Source: an uncultured Acidobacteriota bacterium (GTDB lineage: Bacteria; Acidobacteriota; Polarisedimenticolia; J045). Taken from it: a DNA stretch of 64,000 nt. The stretch's first letter is position 1. Each line of letters begins with the position of its first letter. The DNA is taken from assembly GCA_963702425.1 (NCBI GenBank), contig CAVPCQ010000020.1, positions 1-64,000 on the forward strand, in the 5' to 3' direction. Position numbers and translations under genes: made by a program. The notes under the pieces were generated by a model that ran no database searches, was not told where the DNA came from, and was given only the letters and a program-made list of their open reading frames with translations. Shown here one piece after another: positions 1-10,499 of this stretch.

Positions 1-1
1 G

Positions 2-514
2 GGCGAGTCGACCGTCGAGCGCGTCGCCCTGCACGCGGACCTGATCCAGATCGGCTCGCGCAACATGCAGAACTTCTCGCTGCTGCGGGCGGCCGGCGCG
101 ACGGGCCGTCCGATCCTGCTCAAGCGCGGCATGGCGGCGACGATCGACGAGTGGCTCCTGGCGGCGGAACACTGCCTCGACGGCGGCGCACCGGGCGTGA
201 TCTTCTGCGAGCGCGGGATCCGGAGCTTCGATCCCAACACGCGCAACGTGCTCGACCTCGGCGCCGTCGCGCTGATCGCCGGCGTGCACGGGCACGCGGT
301 GGTGGTCGACCCGTCGCACGCCGCGGGCCGGCGCGATCTCGTCCTCCCGCTCTCCCGCGCCGCGCTCGCCGCCGGCGCCTGCGGCCTGCTGATCGAGACG
401 CATCCCGATCCCGGACGCGCGCTCTCCGATGGCCCGCAGGCCGTCGACACCGCTGCCCTCGCTCAACTCGCGGCGGAGATCGACGCGGGCGCGCCGGCGG
501 GCCGGTGGCGATGA
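2..514 (+). CDS. aroF: DAHP synthase, class I-beta (AroF-type), 5'-truncated by window edge
   Basis: Open frame from nt 2 with QIGSRNMQNF, LLKRG, CERGIR, VDPSHA, IETHPDP and ALSDGPQ motifs. Confidence 0.9.
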   Translation, partial: GESTVERVALHADLIQIGSRNMQNFSLLRAAGATGRPILLKRGMAATIDEWLLAAEHCLDGGAPGVIFCERGIRSFDPNTRNVLDLGAVALIAGVHGHAVVVDPSHAAGRRDLVLPLSRAALAAGACGLLIETHPDPGRALSDGPQAVDTAALAQLAAEIDAGAPAGRWR

Positions 515-1263
515 GCGCGCTCGGCGACGAACGACCGCACCCCGACGAATCCCTCCCCGCCACCGCGTTCGGCAGCGGCGCGATGTTCGACCGGATCGCC
601 GCGCGCTACGACAGCCTCAACCGGATCCTCTCGCTCGGCATCGACCGGCACTGGCGCCGGCTCGCCGTGCGCGCGCTGGCGCTGCCGCCGGCGGCGCGCG
701 TGCTCGACCTCGCCACCGGCACCGCCGACGTCGCCCTCGAGGTCCTCCGGCAGCACCGCGACGCCCGCGTGCTGGGGCTCGACCCGTCGCTCCGGATGCT
801 CGCGATCGGGCGTCGCAAGGTGCGCCGCGCCGGGCTCGAGCAGAGCGTGGAACTGCTCTTCGGCGACGCTCAGGACCTCCCCTACGCCGACCGCTCGTTC
901 GACGGCGTGACGATCGCCTTCGGGATCCGAAACGTGCCCGACCGGGCCCGCGCGCTCGCAGAGATGGCGCGGGTCACGAAGCGCGACGGCCGCGTCGCGA
1001 TCCTCGAGCTGATGGAGCCGCGCGAAGGGCTCCTCGCGCCGCTCGCCCGGGGGTTCGTGCGCTCGCTCGTGCCGCGCGTCGGGGCGCTCCTCTCGGGGGC
1101 CCCCGAGTACCGTTACCTGCAGCGCTCGATGGCTGCCTTCCCGGCCCCTGAGGCCTTCGCCGAGGCGATGCGGCAGGCGGGACTCGAGCCGCTCGAGACG
1201 CGACCCCTGACCCTCGGTGTGGTCTGCCTGTTCGTCGCGCGGCCGGGACGGGGGATGGTGTGA
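511..1263 (+). CDS. menG: Demethylmenaquinone methyltransferase (MenG/UbiE family)
   Basis: MFDRIAARYDSLNRILSLGIDRHWR, VLDLATGTAD SAM motif, FGIRNV; ATGA overlap with aroF stop. Confidence 0.92.
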   Translation: MSALGDERPHPDESLPATAFGSGAMFDRIAARYDSLNRILSLGIDRHWRRLAVRALALPPAARVLDLATGTADVALEVLRQHRDARVLGLDPSLRMLAIGRRKVRRAGLEQSVELLFGDAQDLPYADRSFDGVTIAFGIRNVPDRARALAEMARVTKRDGRVAILELMEPREGLLAPLARGFVRSLVPRVGALLSGAPEYRYLQRSMAAFPAPEAFAEAMRQAGLEPLETRPLTLGVVCLFVARPGRGMV

Positions 1264-2672
1264 GCGCGGTGCCCGCGCTGCGCGACCGGCCGTTCCTCGA
1301 CCAGCCGGCGTGCGAGGACGCGGCGCGCTTCCTCGACCGTGTCTTGCGCGAGAACCCGCGGCGCGGCGAGCCGCTGGTCGTCGTCCTTCCGGCGCCCGAC
1401 TGGTCGATCGAGGACGCGGCGGCGGCGCTCCCACCCGGCGACGGCGTGCTCTGGGCTGCCCGCGGCACCGCGCTCGCGCGCGACGCAGCCACATCGGGTC
1501 GCGCGCTGCGGCTCGCGGTCGGCGACGAGTGCGGCCTGCCCGCCGTAGCGGAGCGGGTGGCGGCGCTCCTGCGCGGGCTCCGCGTCGTGCGGCACCCCGC
1601 GGCACCGGAGTTCGTCCCGTTCCTGATCGGCGGCCTGGCCTTCGCGCAGGGCGCCGCACGCGGGGCCTGGGCCCCGTTCGGCGCCGGCCACTTCGACCTG
1701 CCGCGCTGGACCTTCGTCCCGGGGGCCTTGGCGCTGGCCGTCGGCGGCGAGCCCGGCGCGGAAGCCGGCTGGGTCGAGGCCTTCCGCGGAATCGCCGCGC
1801 GGCGCACCCCAGCGTCGCCCGCGGCGTCCGGCCCGGCCCCCGTGGTCGCGGGCCGCGAGGGGCTCGACAGCGGAGCGTGGCGGGCCCTGGTCGACGAGAT
1901 CCGCCACGGCATCGACGACGGGTCGTTCACCAAGATCGTGCTCGCGCGGCGCGAGATCGTCGCGGCCGAGCAGCCGATCGAGCCGCAGGCCGTCTTCGCG
2001 CGGCTGGCCCGCGCCGCCGGTGACGGCCCCTCCTTCCGGTTCTGCTTCCGCGAGCGAGCGGCGGCGTTCGTCGGTCTCTCGCCCGAGCTGCTGGTCGAGC
2101 TCGACGGGTCGCGGGTCGCGACCGAGGCCGTCGCGGGCTCCTGGCACCGCGGCACCGGCCAAGGCGGCAATGCCGGCCCGCTGCTCGAGAGCGCGAAGGA
2201 CCGCGCCGAGCACGCGATCGTCGTGGAGGAGATCCGCCGGCGACTCGCGCCGCTCTGCGACGAGCTGGTCGTCGCCGTCGAACCAGCGGTGCGCCGGCTC
2301 GCGCACCTCTCGCATCTCGTCACCGCCATCCGCGGCCGGCTGAAGCTGCCGACGCTCGCTTTGGAACTGGTCGCGCTGCTGCACCCGACCCCCTCGGTGG
2401 GCGGCGATCCTTCGGGTGCGGCACTGGCCTTCCTCGGCGCCCGCGAGCCCGCGGCGCGCGGCTGGTACGCTGGACCGGTCGGCTGGGTGGACGCCTCTGG
2501 GCGTGCGCAGTTCGCGGTCGCGATCCGCTCGGCCCTGCTCGAGGGGCCGCGGGCGCACCTCTACGCGGGGGCCGGGATCGTCCGCGCCTCCGACCCCGAC
2601 GCGGAGTTCGAGGAGACGGCGGTCAAGCTGCGCACGCTGCTCGACGCCCTCGGCCTCGAGCCCCGGCCGTGA
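1260..2672 (+). CDS. menF: Isochorismate synthase
   Basis: C-terminal chorismate-binding domain: KIVLAR, GLSPELL, EAVAGS, KDRAEH, LHPTPSVGG, RGWYAGPVG, IRSAL, AGAGIV; men context. Confidence 0.88.
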   Translation: MSAVPALRDRPFLDQPACEDAARFLDRVLRENPRRGEPLVVVLPAPDWSIEDAAAALPPGDGVLWAARGTALARDAATSGRALRLAVGDECGLPAVAERVAALLRGLRVVRHPAAPEFVPFLIGGLAFAQGAARGAWAPFGAGHFDLPRWTFVPGALALAVGGEPGAEAGWVEAFRGIAARRTPASPAASGPAPVVAGREGLDSGAWRALVDEIRHGIDDGSFTKIVLARREIVAAEQPIEPQAVFARLARAAGDGPSFRFCFRERAAAFVGLSPELLVELDGSRVATEAVAGSWHRGTGQGGNAGPLLESAKDRAEHAIVVEEIRRRLAPLCDELVVAVEPAVRRLAHLSHLVTAIRGRLKLPTLALELVALLHPTPSVGGDPSGAALAFLGAREPAARGWYAGPVGWVDASGRAQFAVAIRSALLEGPRAHLYAGAGIVRASDPDAEFEETAVKLRTLLDALGLEPRP

Positions 2673-4462
2673 TGGCGGGCGGCCCGGCCAACCTCGGCGG
2701 CGCGTGGGCGCGCCTGCTCGTCGACGGCCTCGCGGGGGCCGGCATCAGACACGCCGTCGTCAGCCCGGGCTCGCGCTCGACGCCGCTCGTCCTCGCGCTC
2801 GCACATCACCCGCGTCTGGCGGTGACGCTGGTGCTCGACGAACGCGACGCCGCATTCCACGCGCTGGGCCTGGCCAAGGCCAGCGGACTCCCCGCGCTCG
2901 CCCTCTGCACCTCGGGCAGCGCCGGGGCGCACTACCTCCCGGCGGTGATCGAGGCCGCGACGGCGCGCGTCCCGCTGCTGCTCGTGACCGCCGACCGGCC
3001 GCCGCACGCGCAGCAGCGCGACGCGCCGCAAACCGTCGATCAGGCCCGGCTGTTCGGCCCGTTCGCGCGCGCCGCTTTCGAGCTCGGGCTGCCCGACGCA
3101 CGGCCGGCCGCGCTGCGCGCCCTGCGCCAGACGGCGGTGCTCGCCGTGGCGCGGACGCTCTTCCCGGAGCCGGGTCCGGTCCAGATCAACGCCCCGTTCG
3201 ACAAGCCGCTGGAGCCGCAGCCGCCGAACGAGCAGGACCGCGCGCTCGCCGCCGCCATCGAAGCGCTCGAGCGCACGCCGCCGCCGCGCCTCGTCCCGCC
3301 CGCCGGATGCGCGGACGAACGGACGATCGACGAGCTTGCCGCCGCCTGCCGCGCGGCCCGCCGCGGCGTGATCGTCGCGGGCCCGCTCGCCGCCTGGCGC
3401 GCCGCGCCGCTGCGCGCCGCCGGGGAACTCGCCGCGGCGCTCGGCTGGCCACTGCTGGCAGAAGCGACCAGCCAGCTGCGATATGCCCCGCTGGGGCCCG
3501 CGGGCCACGCGGCCCGCATCGGCCGCTTCGAGCTCGCCTGGAGCGACCCGCGGCTCCGGGAGCGCTTCGCGCCCGACTTCGTGCTGCAGCTCGGCGGGAC
3601 CCCGACCAGCCGCGGCTACGAGCGGCTGCTCCTCGCGCAGCCGGACCTGCCGCGCGCCGTGATCACGCGCTGGGGGGTCGCCGATCCGCACGCCCCGGCC
3701 CCGCTCGTCGTCAATGCCGATCCCGGCGCAACGCTCGACGCGCTCGTCGCGCGGTGCGACACGCTCGGGTCCGCCGCGCCGGAGTGGCTCGCGGACTGGC
3801 GCACGCTCGAGGCCGCGGCGAACGAAGCGCTCGCCGCGCTCGACGCGGCGGCCGACGCGCCGCTGACCGAGGCGGCCGCGGTGCACACGGCGCTGCTCGC
3901 GCTCCGCGACGGCGACGCACTCGGGCTCTCCAACAGCCTGCCGGTGCGGGCCGTCGATCGCTTCGCCGGCGCCGACCAGCGCGAGCTGATGGTCTTCGCG
4001 CAGCGCGGGGCCAACGGGATCGACGGGCTCGTCGCCGGCGCGGCCGGTTTCGCCACCGCCGCGCGCCGGCGACTGCTTCTCCTGATCGGCGACCTCGCGT
4101 TCCAGCACGATCTCGGCGGCCTCGCGGCAGCGCGGGCGTGCCCGGTCCCGCTCGCGATCGTGGTCCTCGCCAACGGCGGCGGGCGACTGTTCGAGATGCT
4201 CCCGCTCGCCGACGGCGGCGTGTCGCCGGCCGACTTCGAGCGCTACTTCCTCGCCCCCCAGGAACTCGCCATCGGCGCGGCGGCGACGGCCTTCGGCGTC
4301 CCCCATGCCGCGGCCGCCACGGCGCGCCAGCTGGCGGAGGCCCTGGCGGCTGCGCTCGCGCGGCCCGGGCCGACAGTGGTCGAGGCCCGCCTCGGTCCGC
4401 CGGGCGTGGCCGAGTCCTGGCGGTTCCTCACCGGGCGCGTCGCCGACCGCTTCACCCGATGA
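2669..4462 (+). CDS. menD: SEPHCHC synthase MenD (ThDP-dependent)
   Basis: VSPGSRSTPL, DERDAAFHALGLAK, CTSGSA, TADRP, RGANGIDG, GDLAFQHD, NGGG. Confidence 0.95.
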   Translation: MMAGGPANLGGAWARLLVDGLAGAGIRHAVVSPGSRSTPLVLALAHHPRLAVTLVLDERDAAFHALGLAKASGLPALALCTSGSAGAHYLPAVIEAATARVPLLLVTADRPPHAQQRDAPQTVDQARLFGPFARAAFELGLPDARPAALRALRQTAVLAVARTLFPEPGPVQINAPFDKPLEPQPPNEQDRALAAAIEALERTPPPRLVPPAGCADERTIDELAAACRAARRGVIVAGPLAAWRAAPLRAAGELAAALGWPLLAEATSQLRYAPLGPAGHAARIGRFELAWSDPRLRERFAPDFVLQLGGTPTSRGYERLLLAQPDLPRAVITRWGVADPHAPAPLVVNADPGATLDALVARCDTLGSAAPEWLADWRTLEAAANEALAALDAAADAPLTEAAAVHTALLALRDGDALGLSNSLPVRAVDRFAGADQRELMVFAQRGANGIDGLVAGAAGFATAARRRLLLLIGDLAFQHDLGGLAAARACPVPLAIVVLANGGGRLFEMLPLADGGVSPADFERYFLAPQELAIGAAATAFGVPHAAAATARQLAEALAAALARPGPTVVEARLGPPGVAESWRFLTGRVADRFTR

Positions 4463-5268
4463 CCGGGGCCCTCGTTCTCCGCGAGGGGGACGCGCGGCCG
4501 CCGCTGCTGCTGCTGCACGGTTTCGCCGGGTCGCCGGGTTCGTGGCGCGCGGTCGCCGAACGGCTCGATCCGGCGCGTCGGGCGCTCGCGCTCGCGCTCC
4601 CCGGTCACGACCCGGCGCGTCCGCTGCCGCCCGGCGGCGGCTTCCTCGACGCGGCGCGCGCGCTCGGCGACGAACTGGTCGCGGCGTCCGCGGGCATGCC
4701 CGGCGAAGCGACGGGCGAAGCCGGGCCCTGGCACCTCGCCGGCTACTCGATGGGCGCGCGCGTCGGCCTCGCACTGCTGCTCCTGCGCCCGGAGCTGTTC
4801 TGCGGTGCGAGCCTCGTCGGCCTCCACCCCGGGCTGCCGACCGAGGAGGAGCGCGCGGCGCGGCGCGCCGAGGACCGCGCCTGGATCGACCTCCTGCGCC
4901 GCGAGGGGGCCCGGGCGTTCGCGGCGGCCTGGGAGGCGCGACCGCTCTTCGCCTCACAGGCGGCCGCGCCGCTGGAAGCGCGCGACGCCCAGCGCGCCAC
5001 CCGCCGCGCCCACGATCCGGAGCAACTGGCCCGCGCGCTCGAGACGTTCGGCCTCGGGACGATGCCGGACCTCCGCCCGCGCCTCGCGGGGTTGCGCCTG
5101 CCGGTCACGCTGCTCGTCGGCGCCCGGGACGAGAAGTTCTCCGCGCTCGCGCACGGGGTGCTTCCGGCGCTCCCCTTCGGTAACCTTGTGGAGATCGAGG
5201 CGGCGGGCCACAACCCGCTGCTCGAGCGCCCGGACGCGGTCGCGGCGGTCCTCTCTCGCACCGCGTGA
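4459..5268 (+). CDS. menH: SHCHC synthase MenH (alpha/beta hydrolase)
   Basis: LHGFAGS, GYSMGAR nucleophile elbow, GARDEKF, AGHNP; ATGA overlap with menD stop. Confidence 0.88.
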   Translation: MTGALVLREGDARPPLLLLHGFAGSPGSWRAVAERLDPARRALALALPGHDPARPLPPGGGFLDAARALGDELVAASAGMPGEATGEAGPWHLAGYSMGARVGLALLLLRPELFCGASLVGLHPGLPTEEERAARRAEDRAWIDLLRREGARAFAAAWEARPLFASQAAAPLEARDAQRATRRAHDPEQLARALETFGLGTMPDLRPRLAGLRLPVTLLVGARDEKFSALAHGVLPALPFGNLVEIEAAGHNPLLERPDAVAAVLSRTA

Positions 5269-6137
5269 CCGGACCCAACGCAGCGCCGTTCGCGCTGCTC
5301 GAGGAATGGATGACGGACCCGGTCCTGTGGACGAGCCAGCGGGAGTTCGAAGACCTGCGCTACGAGACGAGCGCGGAGGGGATCGCGAAGATCACGATCA
5401 ACCGCCCGGAGGTCCGGAACGCCTTCCGGCCGCAGACGGTCAAGGAACTGCAGGAGGCGTTCGCCGCGGCGCGCGACGACCAGGCGGTCGGCGTCGTCGT
5501 GCTGACCGGGGCGGGGAACGAAGCCTTCTGCTCGGGCGGGGACCAGAAGGTCCGCGGCCACGGCGGCTACGTCGGCGCGGACGGCGTGCCGCGGCTCAAC
5601 GTGCTCGACCTGCAGCGCCAGATCCGGACCCTTCCCAAGCCGGTGATCGCGATGGTCGCCGGCTACGCGATCGGCGGCGGCCACGTCCTCCACCTCGTCT
5701 GTGACCTCACGATCGCCGCCGAGAACGCGCGGTTCGGGCAGACCGGCCCGCGGGTCGGGAGCTTCGACGGCGGCTACGGGGCCTCGTACATGGCCCGGAT
5801 CATCGGCCAGAAGCGCGCCCGCGAGGTCTGGTTCCTCTGCCGCCAGTACGACGCGCGGACGGCCCTCGGGTGGGGCCTCGTCAACGCCGTGGTGCCGATC
5901 GAGCGGCTCGAGCAGGAGACGGTCGGCTGGTGCCGCGAGATCCTCGCCAACAGCCCGACCGCGATCCGCCTGCTCAAGGCGGCGCTGAACGCCGACTGCG
6001 ACGGCCAGGCCGGCCTGCAGCAGCTCGCGGGCGACGCCACGCTGCTGTTCTACCTGACCGACGAGGCGAAGGAGGGGCAGCGCGCGTTCCTGGAGAAGCG
6101 CGCCCCCGATTTCCGCCGGTTCCCGCGCTTCCCGTGA
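5265..6137 (+). CDS. menB: 1,4-dihydroxy-2-naphthoyl-CoA synthase
   Basis: [42 protein letters not shown]; alternative ATG near 5310. Confidence 0.97.
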   Translation: MTGPNAAPFALLEEWMTDPVLWTSQREFEDLRYETSAEGIAKITINRPEVRNAFRPQTVKELQEAFAAARDDQAVGVVVLTGAGNEAFCSGGDQKVRGHGGYVGADGVPRLNVLDLQRQIRTLPKPVIAMVAGYAIGGGHVLHLVCDLTIAAENARFGQTGPRVGSFDGGYGASYMARIIGQKRAREVWFLCRQYDARTALGWGLVNAVVPIERLEQETVGWCREILANSPTAIRLLKAALNADCDGQAGLQQLAGDATLLFYLTDEAKEGQRAFLEKRAPDFRRFPRFP

Positions 6138-7048
6138 CGCCGCTCGACGCCGCGACGCGCCGCCCCGCGCCGGGCCGGGCGTCGGCCTGGCTGCTCGCCA
6201 GCCGTCCGAAGACGCTCCCTGCCGCGGCCGCGCCGGTCGTGCTGGGCAGTGCCGTGGCGGCGTCGCTGGGCGGGTTCCGCGCGGGCCCCGCCGCGGCCGC
6301 CCTCGGCGGTGCGCTGCTGATCCAGGTGGGGACCAATTTTGCGAACGACGTCTACGACTACGAACGCGGGACCGATACCGCGGACCGGCTCGGCCCGACA
6401 CGCGCGACCGAAGCCGGGTTGCTCGCGCCGCACCAGGTGCGGGCCGGCATGTTGGCGGCGTTCGGTCTCGCGTCGCTGGCCGGGCTCTACCTGACGGCGG
6501 TCGCCGGGTGGCCCGTGATCGCGATCGGCGTGGCCTCGATCGCCGCCGGATTCGCTTATTCCTCGGGACCGTTCCCGCTGGCGCACCACGGCCTCGGCGA
6601 GCCGTTCGTGATGCTCTTCTTCGGCTTCGTCGCGGTCGGCGGGACGGCTTTCGTCCAGCTCGGCACCGTCCCCGCGGCGGCCTGGTGGTGCGGCCTCGGG
6701 GCGGGTGCGCTCTCGACCGCGATCCTCGTCGTCAACAACGTCCGCGACACCGCGACCGATCGGCGGGCGGGCCGGCGCACGATCCCGGCCCGGCTCGGGC
6801 GCAGCGCCGGCGTGATCGAGTACGCCGCCTTTCTCGCGCTGGCCTATGCCGCGCCGCCCGGGCTCGTGCTCGCGGCGGGTGCGCCGCGCGGATGCTGGCT
6901 GGCGTGGGTCACGCTGCCCCTGGCGCTCGCCTTGCTCCGGCGCGTCGCGACCCGAACCGACGGTCCCGCGCTCAACGGCGCGCTCGCCGGGACCGGGGGG
7001 CTGCTGGTGCTCTACGCCGGGCTGCTCACGATCGGGCTGCTCTCGTGA
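6134..7048 (+). CDS. menA: 1,4-dihydroxy-2-naphthoate prenyltransferase
   Basis: [32 protein letters not shown]; multi-TM protein; GTGA overlap with menB. Confidence 0.93.
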   Translation: MTPLDAATRRPAPGRASAWLLASRPKTLPAAAAPVVLGSAVAASLGGFRAGPAAAALGGALLIQVGTNFANDVYDYERGTDTADRLGPTRATEAGLLAPHQVRAGMLAAFGLASLAGLYLTAVAGWPVIAIGVASIAAGFAYSSGPFPLAHHGLGEPFVMLFFGFVAVGGTAFVQLGTVPAAAWWCGLGAGALSTAILVVNNVRDTATDRRAGRRTIPARLGRSAGVIEYAAFLALAYAAPPGLVLAAGAPRGCWLAWVTLPLALALLRRVATRTDGPALNGALAGTGGLLVLYAGLLTIGLLS

Positions 7049-8133
7049 AGGTCACGGTCGCAGCGCTCGAGACGGTGCGGGGCGAGCTGCGGCACGCCTC
7101 GTCCAACTCGCGGATGCGCTGGGCCGAGCGCAGCGGCGTGCTGCTGGTGCTCGCGAGCGACGACGGGTACTTCGGCCAGGGGGAGGCCTCGCCCCTGCCC
7201 GGGCTCTCGCCGGAGACGGCCGACGAGGCGTGGCGCGCGCTGGCCCAGCTGGCGGGTCAGGCCTTCCCGTGCGAGCTCGACCTCTGCCTGCCGATCGTGC
7301 CGCAGGTCGCGGCGTTCCTGCGCGATCACGCGCCGGCGTTGCCGTCCGTCCGGTTCGCGACCGAGACCGCGCTGCTCGACCTGGCCGGGCAGCGGCTGGG
7401 CCTTCCACTGTCGACGCTGCTTGCCGGGAGCTGGCCGACCCGCTCCGTTCCGCTGGCCGCGCTGCTCGACGGCGAGACCGTGGAGGAGCTCGAAGCCGGG
7501 GCCCGCGCCGCGCAGCGCGGCGCGTTCGCGGCGGCCAAGCTGAAGGTCGGCCGCGCGTGGCGCTTCGAGGCCGAGCTCGCGGCGCTCGAGCGGGTCCGCG
7601 AAGCGCTCGGCCCGCGCGTGGCGCTGCGGCTCGACGCCAACGGCGCCTGGTCGCGCGCCGAGGCGCCGGTGCGGCTCGCGGCTCTCGCGCGGTTCCGACC
7701 GGAGTTCGTCGAGCAGCCGGTTCCGGCGGACCAGCTCCCCGGCCTGCGCGACGCGCCGGTGCCGCTGGCAGCCGACGAGACGATGGCGCTCGAGGGGGGC
7801 CTGGCCCGGCTGCGGGCGGAAGGGGGCGCGCAAGTCGTGGTGCTCAAGCCGACGGTGCTGGGAGGCCTGCTGCGCTGCCGCACGCTCGCGGCCGAAGCGC
7901 ACGGCTCGGGGATGCAGGTCGTCGTCAGCCACGCGCTGGAGGGCCCGCTGGCGCTCGCCGCGGCCGCCGAGCTGGCGCTGTCGCTGGACCCCGCGCCGCT
8001 GGCCTGTGGCCTCGCCCTGCACGGCGGGCTCGACGCCTGGCCGGACGCCGCCGTCAAGCAGGTCGCCGGAAACGCGATCGTTCCGGCACCCGTGCGCGGG
8101 CTCGGAGTGCCGCGGCTCGCGGGCCACCGGTGA
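7045..8133 (+). CDS. menC: o-succinylbenzoate synthase (enolase superfamily)
   Basis: GEASPLPG, KLKVG, LDANG, EQP, ADE and LKP metal/catalytic motifs. Confidence 0.9.
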   Translation: MKVTVAALETVRGELRHASSNSRMRWAERSGVLLVLASDDGYFGQGEASPLPGLSPETADEAWRALAQLAGQAFPCELDLCLPIVPQVAAFLRDHAPALPSVRFATETALLDLAGQRLGLPLSTLLAGSWPTRSVPLAALLDGETVEELEAGARAAQRGAFAAAKLKVGRAWRFEAELAALERVREALGPRVALRLDANGAWSRAEAPVRLAALARFRPEFVEQPVPADQLPGLRDAPVPLAADETMALEGGLARLRAEGGAQVVVLKPTVLGGLLRCRTLAAEAHGSGMQVVVSHALEGPLALAAAAELALSLDPAPLACGLALHGGLDAWPDAAVKQVAGNAIVPAPVRGLGVPRLAGHR

Positions 8134-9602
8134 GCCTCTCGGTCCGTGAGGCAGCGGGCGAACGGCCGGGGGACGACGCGCTCGTCGCCCGCGCCGGGAC
8201 GCTCACCTGGCGCGCGCTCGCCGACGCGGTCCGCACCGCAGCCGGGCGCCTGGTCGCGGAGGCGGGCCTCGGCAGAGCCGGCGGTCCGCGGCGAGTGGCC
8301 TTCACCGCCCGCGGCGACGCGCGGACGGTGGTGCGCCTGCTGGCGCTGATCGAGCTGGGGGTCCCCTTCGCGCCGCTTCACCCGCGGCTGGCCGCGCCCG
8401 AACGCGCCGCGCAACTCGCCGGTCTGGCACCGGTGCTGGACCTCGACGGGCTCGAGCCGTTCGATCCGTTCGCACCGGCCGCATCCCGCGGCGCCGCACC
8501 GTCCGCGCGGTTCCCGGTCGGCGGCGACGACGAGCGGCCGCTGGCGCTGGTCCAGACCTCGGGCACCGGAGGCGCGGCGCGCACGGCGGTCCTCAGCCGC
8601 CGGGCGTTCGCCGCGGCCGCGGCCGCGAGCGCGGCCCGGCTCGGCTGGCGCGACGACGACCGCTGGCTGCTCGCGCTCCCGCTCGCGCGCGTCGGCGGGC
8701 TGTCGATCGTCACGCGCTGCCTCGCCGGCCGGCGCGCGGTCGTGCTCCCCGACGACCCCTCGCCGGAGGCGCTGGCAGCAGCCTGCCGGGAGCGAAGGGT
8801 GACGCTGGCCTCGCTCGTTCCCGCGCAACTGGCGCGCCTGCTCGAGTTGGACCCGCGGGGGACCGGCCCCCGCCTCGCGTGCCACGCGCCGGACGCGCCG
8901 CACGCGCAGACCGCCCCGTCCGCCGCGCTGCGCGCGGTCCTGCTCGGCGGCGCGGCGCTACCGGCGGGATTGCTCGACGCCGCGCGCGAGCGACGCATCC
9001 CGGTGCTCCCGACCTACGGCATGACCGAGACCTGCGCCCAGGTCGCGACCGTTCCACCCGGGCTGCCGATCGACGCCGCGCACGGCTGCGGACCGCCGCT
9101 CCCCGGCGTCGAGCTGCGGGTCGTCGACGGCCGGATCGAAGTCCGCGGCCCGACGCTCTTCAGCGGCTACGAGCCGCCCGCCGGGCCGCCCTTCCCTGCC
9201 GACGGCTGGTTCGCGACGCGCGATCTCGGCCACCTCGACGCGTGCGGGTTCCTGCACGTCAGCGGGCGGGTGGACGAGCTCGTGATCGTCGGCGGCGAGA
9301 ACGTCGAACCCGGCGAGGTCGAGGCCGCGTTGGAAGCCTCCCCGTGGGTCGCGGCCGCGCTCGCATTCGGCATCCCCGACCCGGTGCTGGGCGAGGTCGT
9401 CGGTGCGGCACTCGTCCGCCGCGCCGGCGCCGTCCCCGAGCACGAGGCCCTCGCCGGCTGGCTCGCAGGGCGGCTGGCGCCGTTCAAACGGCCGCGCCGG
9501 CTGGCCTGGGTCGACGCGCTCCCGCTGACGCCGGACGGGAAGCCGGACCGCCGCGGCGCCGCCCTGCGGCTGGCCGCCGAACTGCGCCCGTTCCGCGGCT
9601 GA
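8130..9602 (+). CDS. menE: o-succinylbenzoate-CoA ligase
   Basis: Adenylate-forming motifs QTSGTGG, TYGMTET, TRDLG, GGENV, GKPDR; last gene of the men run. Confidence 0.85.
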   Translation: MSLSVREAAGERPGDDALVARAGTLTWRALADAVRTAAGRLVAEAGLGRAGGPRRVAFTARGDARTVVRLLALIELGVPFAPLHPRLAAPERAAQLAGLAPVLDLDGLEPFDPFAPAASRGAAPSARFPVGGDDERPLALVQTSGTGGAARTAVLSRRAFAAAAAASAARLGWRDDDRWLLALPLARVGGLSIVTRCLAGRRAVVLPDDPSPEALAAACRERRVTLASLVPAQLARLLELDPRGTGPRLACHAPDAPHAQTAPSAALRAVLLGGAALPAGLLDAARERRIPVLPTYGMTETCAQVATVPPGLPIDAAHGCGPPLPGVELRVVDGRIEVRGPTLFSGYEPPAGPPFPADGWFATRDLGHLDACGFLHVSGRVDELVIVGGENVEPGEVEAALEASPWVAAALAFGIPDPVLGEVVGAALVRRAGAVPEHEALAGWLAGRLAPFKRPRRLAWVDALPLTPDGKPDRRGAALRLAAELRPFRG

Positions 9603-9689
9603 GAGCGGCCGGGATGGGAAACTCCCGCGAACCGCAGTAACCTCTCGCCGATGCGCTGGCGCCACCGGGCGACCGCGCCCGGAGGACCC

Positions 9690-10436
9690 ATGAAAGCGAT
9701 CCGCATCACCGTCTTGCTCGCCGTGGCGGCCGTGCTCGCCGCGCCGGTCCTGGCCGACTCGATCATCACGATGAAGTCCCACTCCGACCCGATCATGGGC
9801 CAGCCGGCCCGCGACGAGACGACGACGACGTGGGTCGGCAAGGACCGCATGGCCCGCCTCGGCGGCGACACGTCGTTCATCATCCGCGCCGATCAGAAGA
9901 AGCTCTACATCATCGATCCTGCCGCCAAGACCTATTCCGAGCTCGATCTGCCGATCGACCTGACGAAGTACTTCCCGGCCGAGATGCAGGCCCAGATCGG
10001 CGCGATGATGCAGCAGATGAAGATGACCGCGAAGATCACGCCGACCGCCGAGGCCAAGAAGATCGGCGCCTGGAACACCAAGCTCTACAAGGCCGAGATC
10101 TCGAACGCGATGGGCATGAAGCTGGACATCGACATGTGGGTCTCCAAGGACCTCGGGATCGACGCGACGGCCTACAGGGATCTGGCGAACAGCCTGCAGG
10201 GTCTCCAGCTCGGATTCGAGGACGTGGCCAAGGAGATGGCCAAGGTCGACGGCATCTCGGTCCTCACCGAGACCACGATGAGCATCATGGGCAACACGAT
10301 GAAGAGCCGCGAAGAGGTCGTCTCGGCCGAGACCAAGGCCGCGCCGGCGGGTACGTACGATGTCCCGGCCGGGCTGACCAAGGAGACGTTCAACCCGATG
10401 AAGGGGGCCCAGAAGGGAGAGGGCGGCGAGAAGTAG
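9690..10436 (+). CDS. Secreted DUF4412-like protein
   Basis: GGAGG RBS, Sec signal peptide (MKAIR...VLA), D-K-lyiidp-KTY-E motif, KIGAWNTKLY, C-terminal P-TYDVPAG. Confidence 0.7.
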   Translation: MKAIRITVLLAVAAVLAAPVLADSIITMKSHSDPIMGQPARDETTTTWVGKDRMARLGGDTSFIIRADQKKLYIIDPAAKTYSELDLPIDLTKYFPAEMQAQIGAMMQQMKMTAKITPTAEAKKIGAWNTKLYKAEISNAMGMKLDIDMWVSKDLGIDATAYRDLANSLQGLQLGFEDVAKEMAKVDGISVLTETTMSIMGNTMKSREEVVSAETKAAPAGTYDVPAGLTKETFNPMKGAQKGEGGEK

Positions 10437-10463
10437 CTTCCGCCCGCCTCGCGACGCTCCCGC

Positions 10464-10494
10464 AACGAGCCCGGCGCACGGCGCCGGGCTCGTT
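10464..10494. terminator. Probable bidirectional intrinsic terminator
   Basis: Perfect 14 bp stem AACGAGCCCGGCGC-acg-GCGCCGGGCTCGTT between convergent genes. Confidence 0.75.
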
Positions 10495-10499
10495 CCGTT

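Noticed and set aside
8540-8600. Degenerate P-loop in menE (TSGTGGAARTA) suggesting a pseudogene
   Set aside because: The ORF is intact and coupled to menC, and the other adenylation motifs and terminal Lys are retained.
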